Shown here one piece after another: positions 63,044 to 64,000 of a DNA stretch of 64,000 nt (the first letter of the stretch is position 1; every line of letters starts with the position of its first letter). The stretch lies in contig NC_092377.1 in NCBI RefSeq assembly GCF_030028105.1, positions 62,402,569 through 62,466,568 of the forward strand, in the 5' to 3' direction. Position numbers and translations under genes: made by a program. The notes under the pieces were generated by a model. It had not been told where the DNA came from. It searched no databases and was given only the letters and a program-made list of their open reading frames with translations. This DNA comes from Mobula birostris. Its lineage: Eukaryota.

Positions 63044-64000
63044 GTTAGTTATGTCTGCAAGGAGTTTTTCTTTTATATTTCAAGGTTTTTTTTCATTAAC
63101 TGATTCTTTATATATACTATTTAAATAAACTAAGCTTGTTGAACAGGATAAAATATTTAGAATATTTATTTGGATATCAAAGGTATGGATTCATTTTCAT
63201 TAATTATTTTGTTGAAAACATGAACCTTTATTTTTATAGTTTGTGGCTTGCTGAATAGTGCCTGAAAACCACATAGCATCGTAGAGCACAGAAAGAAGCT
63301 ATTCAACCATTTCTGTCTCATTTGATACTTTGAAATAATTTTCAATCCAGCTCTGCAAATTTCCCCTTTTTAATTATACATAGAATTTCTCTTATACCTT
63401 TTATGTTTTATTCTAAAACTCCATCAGATGTTGCAAAACCAGACCATAACAACTTGCTATATTTAGAAATATTCTAATTTCTCCTTTGGATTATTGCCAA
63501 TTATTTCAAATTTGTATTGTTTGGTTACAGACCCACTTACCAGTTTTTCCCTTTACTGTTATCATTACTTCCATATAATTTCAGGGTGTAGTAGCACTTG
63601 AGGTTTGGACTAATGGTCCAAAAATATTAACTTTTAATACTGCCAGAGTAACCATGAAATTTTGAATTTCACTAATTAAATAATGTGGAGTAAAATCTAT
63701 AGTGATTGTTGGAAAGATGCTGTTGTTTCATTGAGTTCTTTCAGAGTAATAACGGTCAAATTTATCCAGTCTCATCTACCTAGCTTCAGACCCACAACAA
63801 TGTAGTTGGATCTTAACTACCCTCATAACTGTCCTTGGAATGGATAGTAAGTGCTGGCTTTGCTAGCAACATCCATACCCCATGATAGAATTTGTTTTAA
63901 AACTCCATTAAATTTCCTGTAAACTTTGCTAACACTTATCCTCAAAGAACTTCCTCCAAGGTCAAATGCACGAGTAAGTGAATGTACAGGTGCATTGAAA

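Noticed and set aside
1-64000. CRISPR arrays, rRNA, true tRNA genes or prokaryotic operons
   Set aside because: None seen; spliced vertebrate genes and TEs explain the window, and the tRNA-like boxes belong to SINEs

Overview
Eukaryotic (vertebrate) genomic DNA. The repeat complement (CR1, Rex1/Babar-like and Penelope-like retroelements, HE1-like SINE) suggests a cartilaginous fish, probably a ray; this is inference. The window covers the conserved PUS10 - PEX13 - SANBR(KIAA1841) block: the 5' part of PUS10 (minus), complete 4-exon PEX13 (plus, 394 aa) head-to-head with PUS10, and the first two coding exons of SANBR (plus), which carry an apparent 2-bp frameshift. Between PEX13 and SANBR I assembled by hand an intact 6-coding-exon minus-strand gene for an unrecognised ~275-aa coiled-coil protein that shares a bidirectional promoter with SANBR. 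PUS10 introns appear to hold a decayed antisense multi-exon gene for a glycosylated membrane protein. The most unusual signal is a complete hammerhead-ribozyme core in a non-canonical, pseudoknotted strand order at the 3' end of a deleted Hero-type retrotransposon (52188-52305). Minimal hammerhead motifs also occur in several Penelope-like tails. All gene and repeat assignments come from recalled family sequences and manual reading, not database searches.
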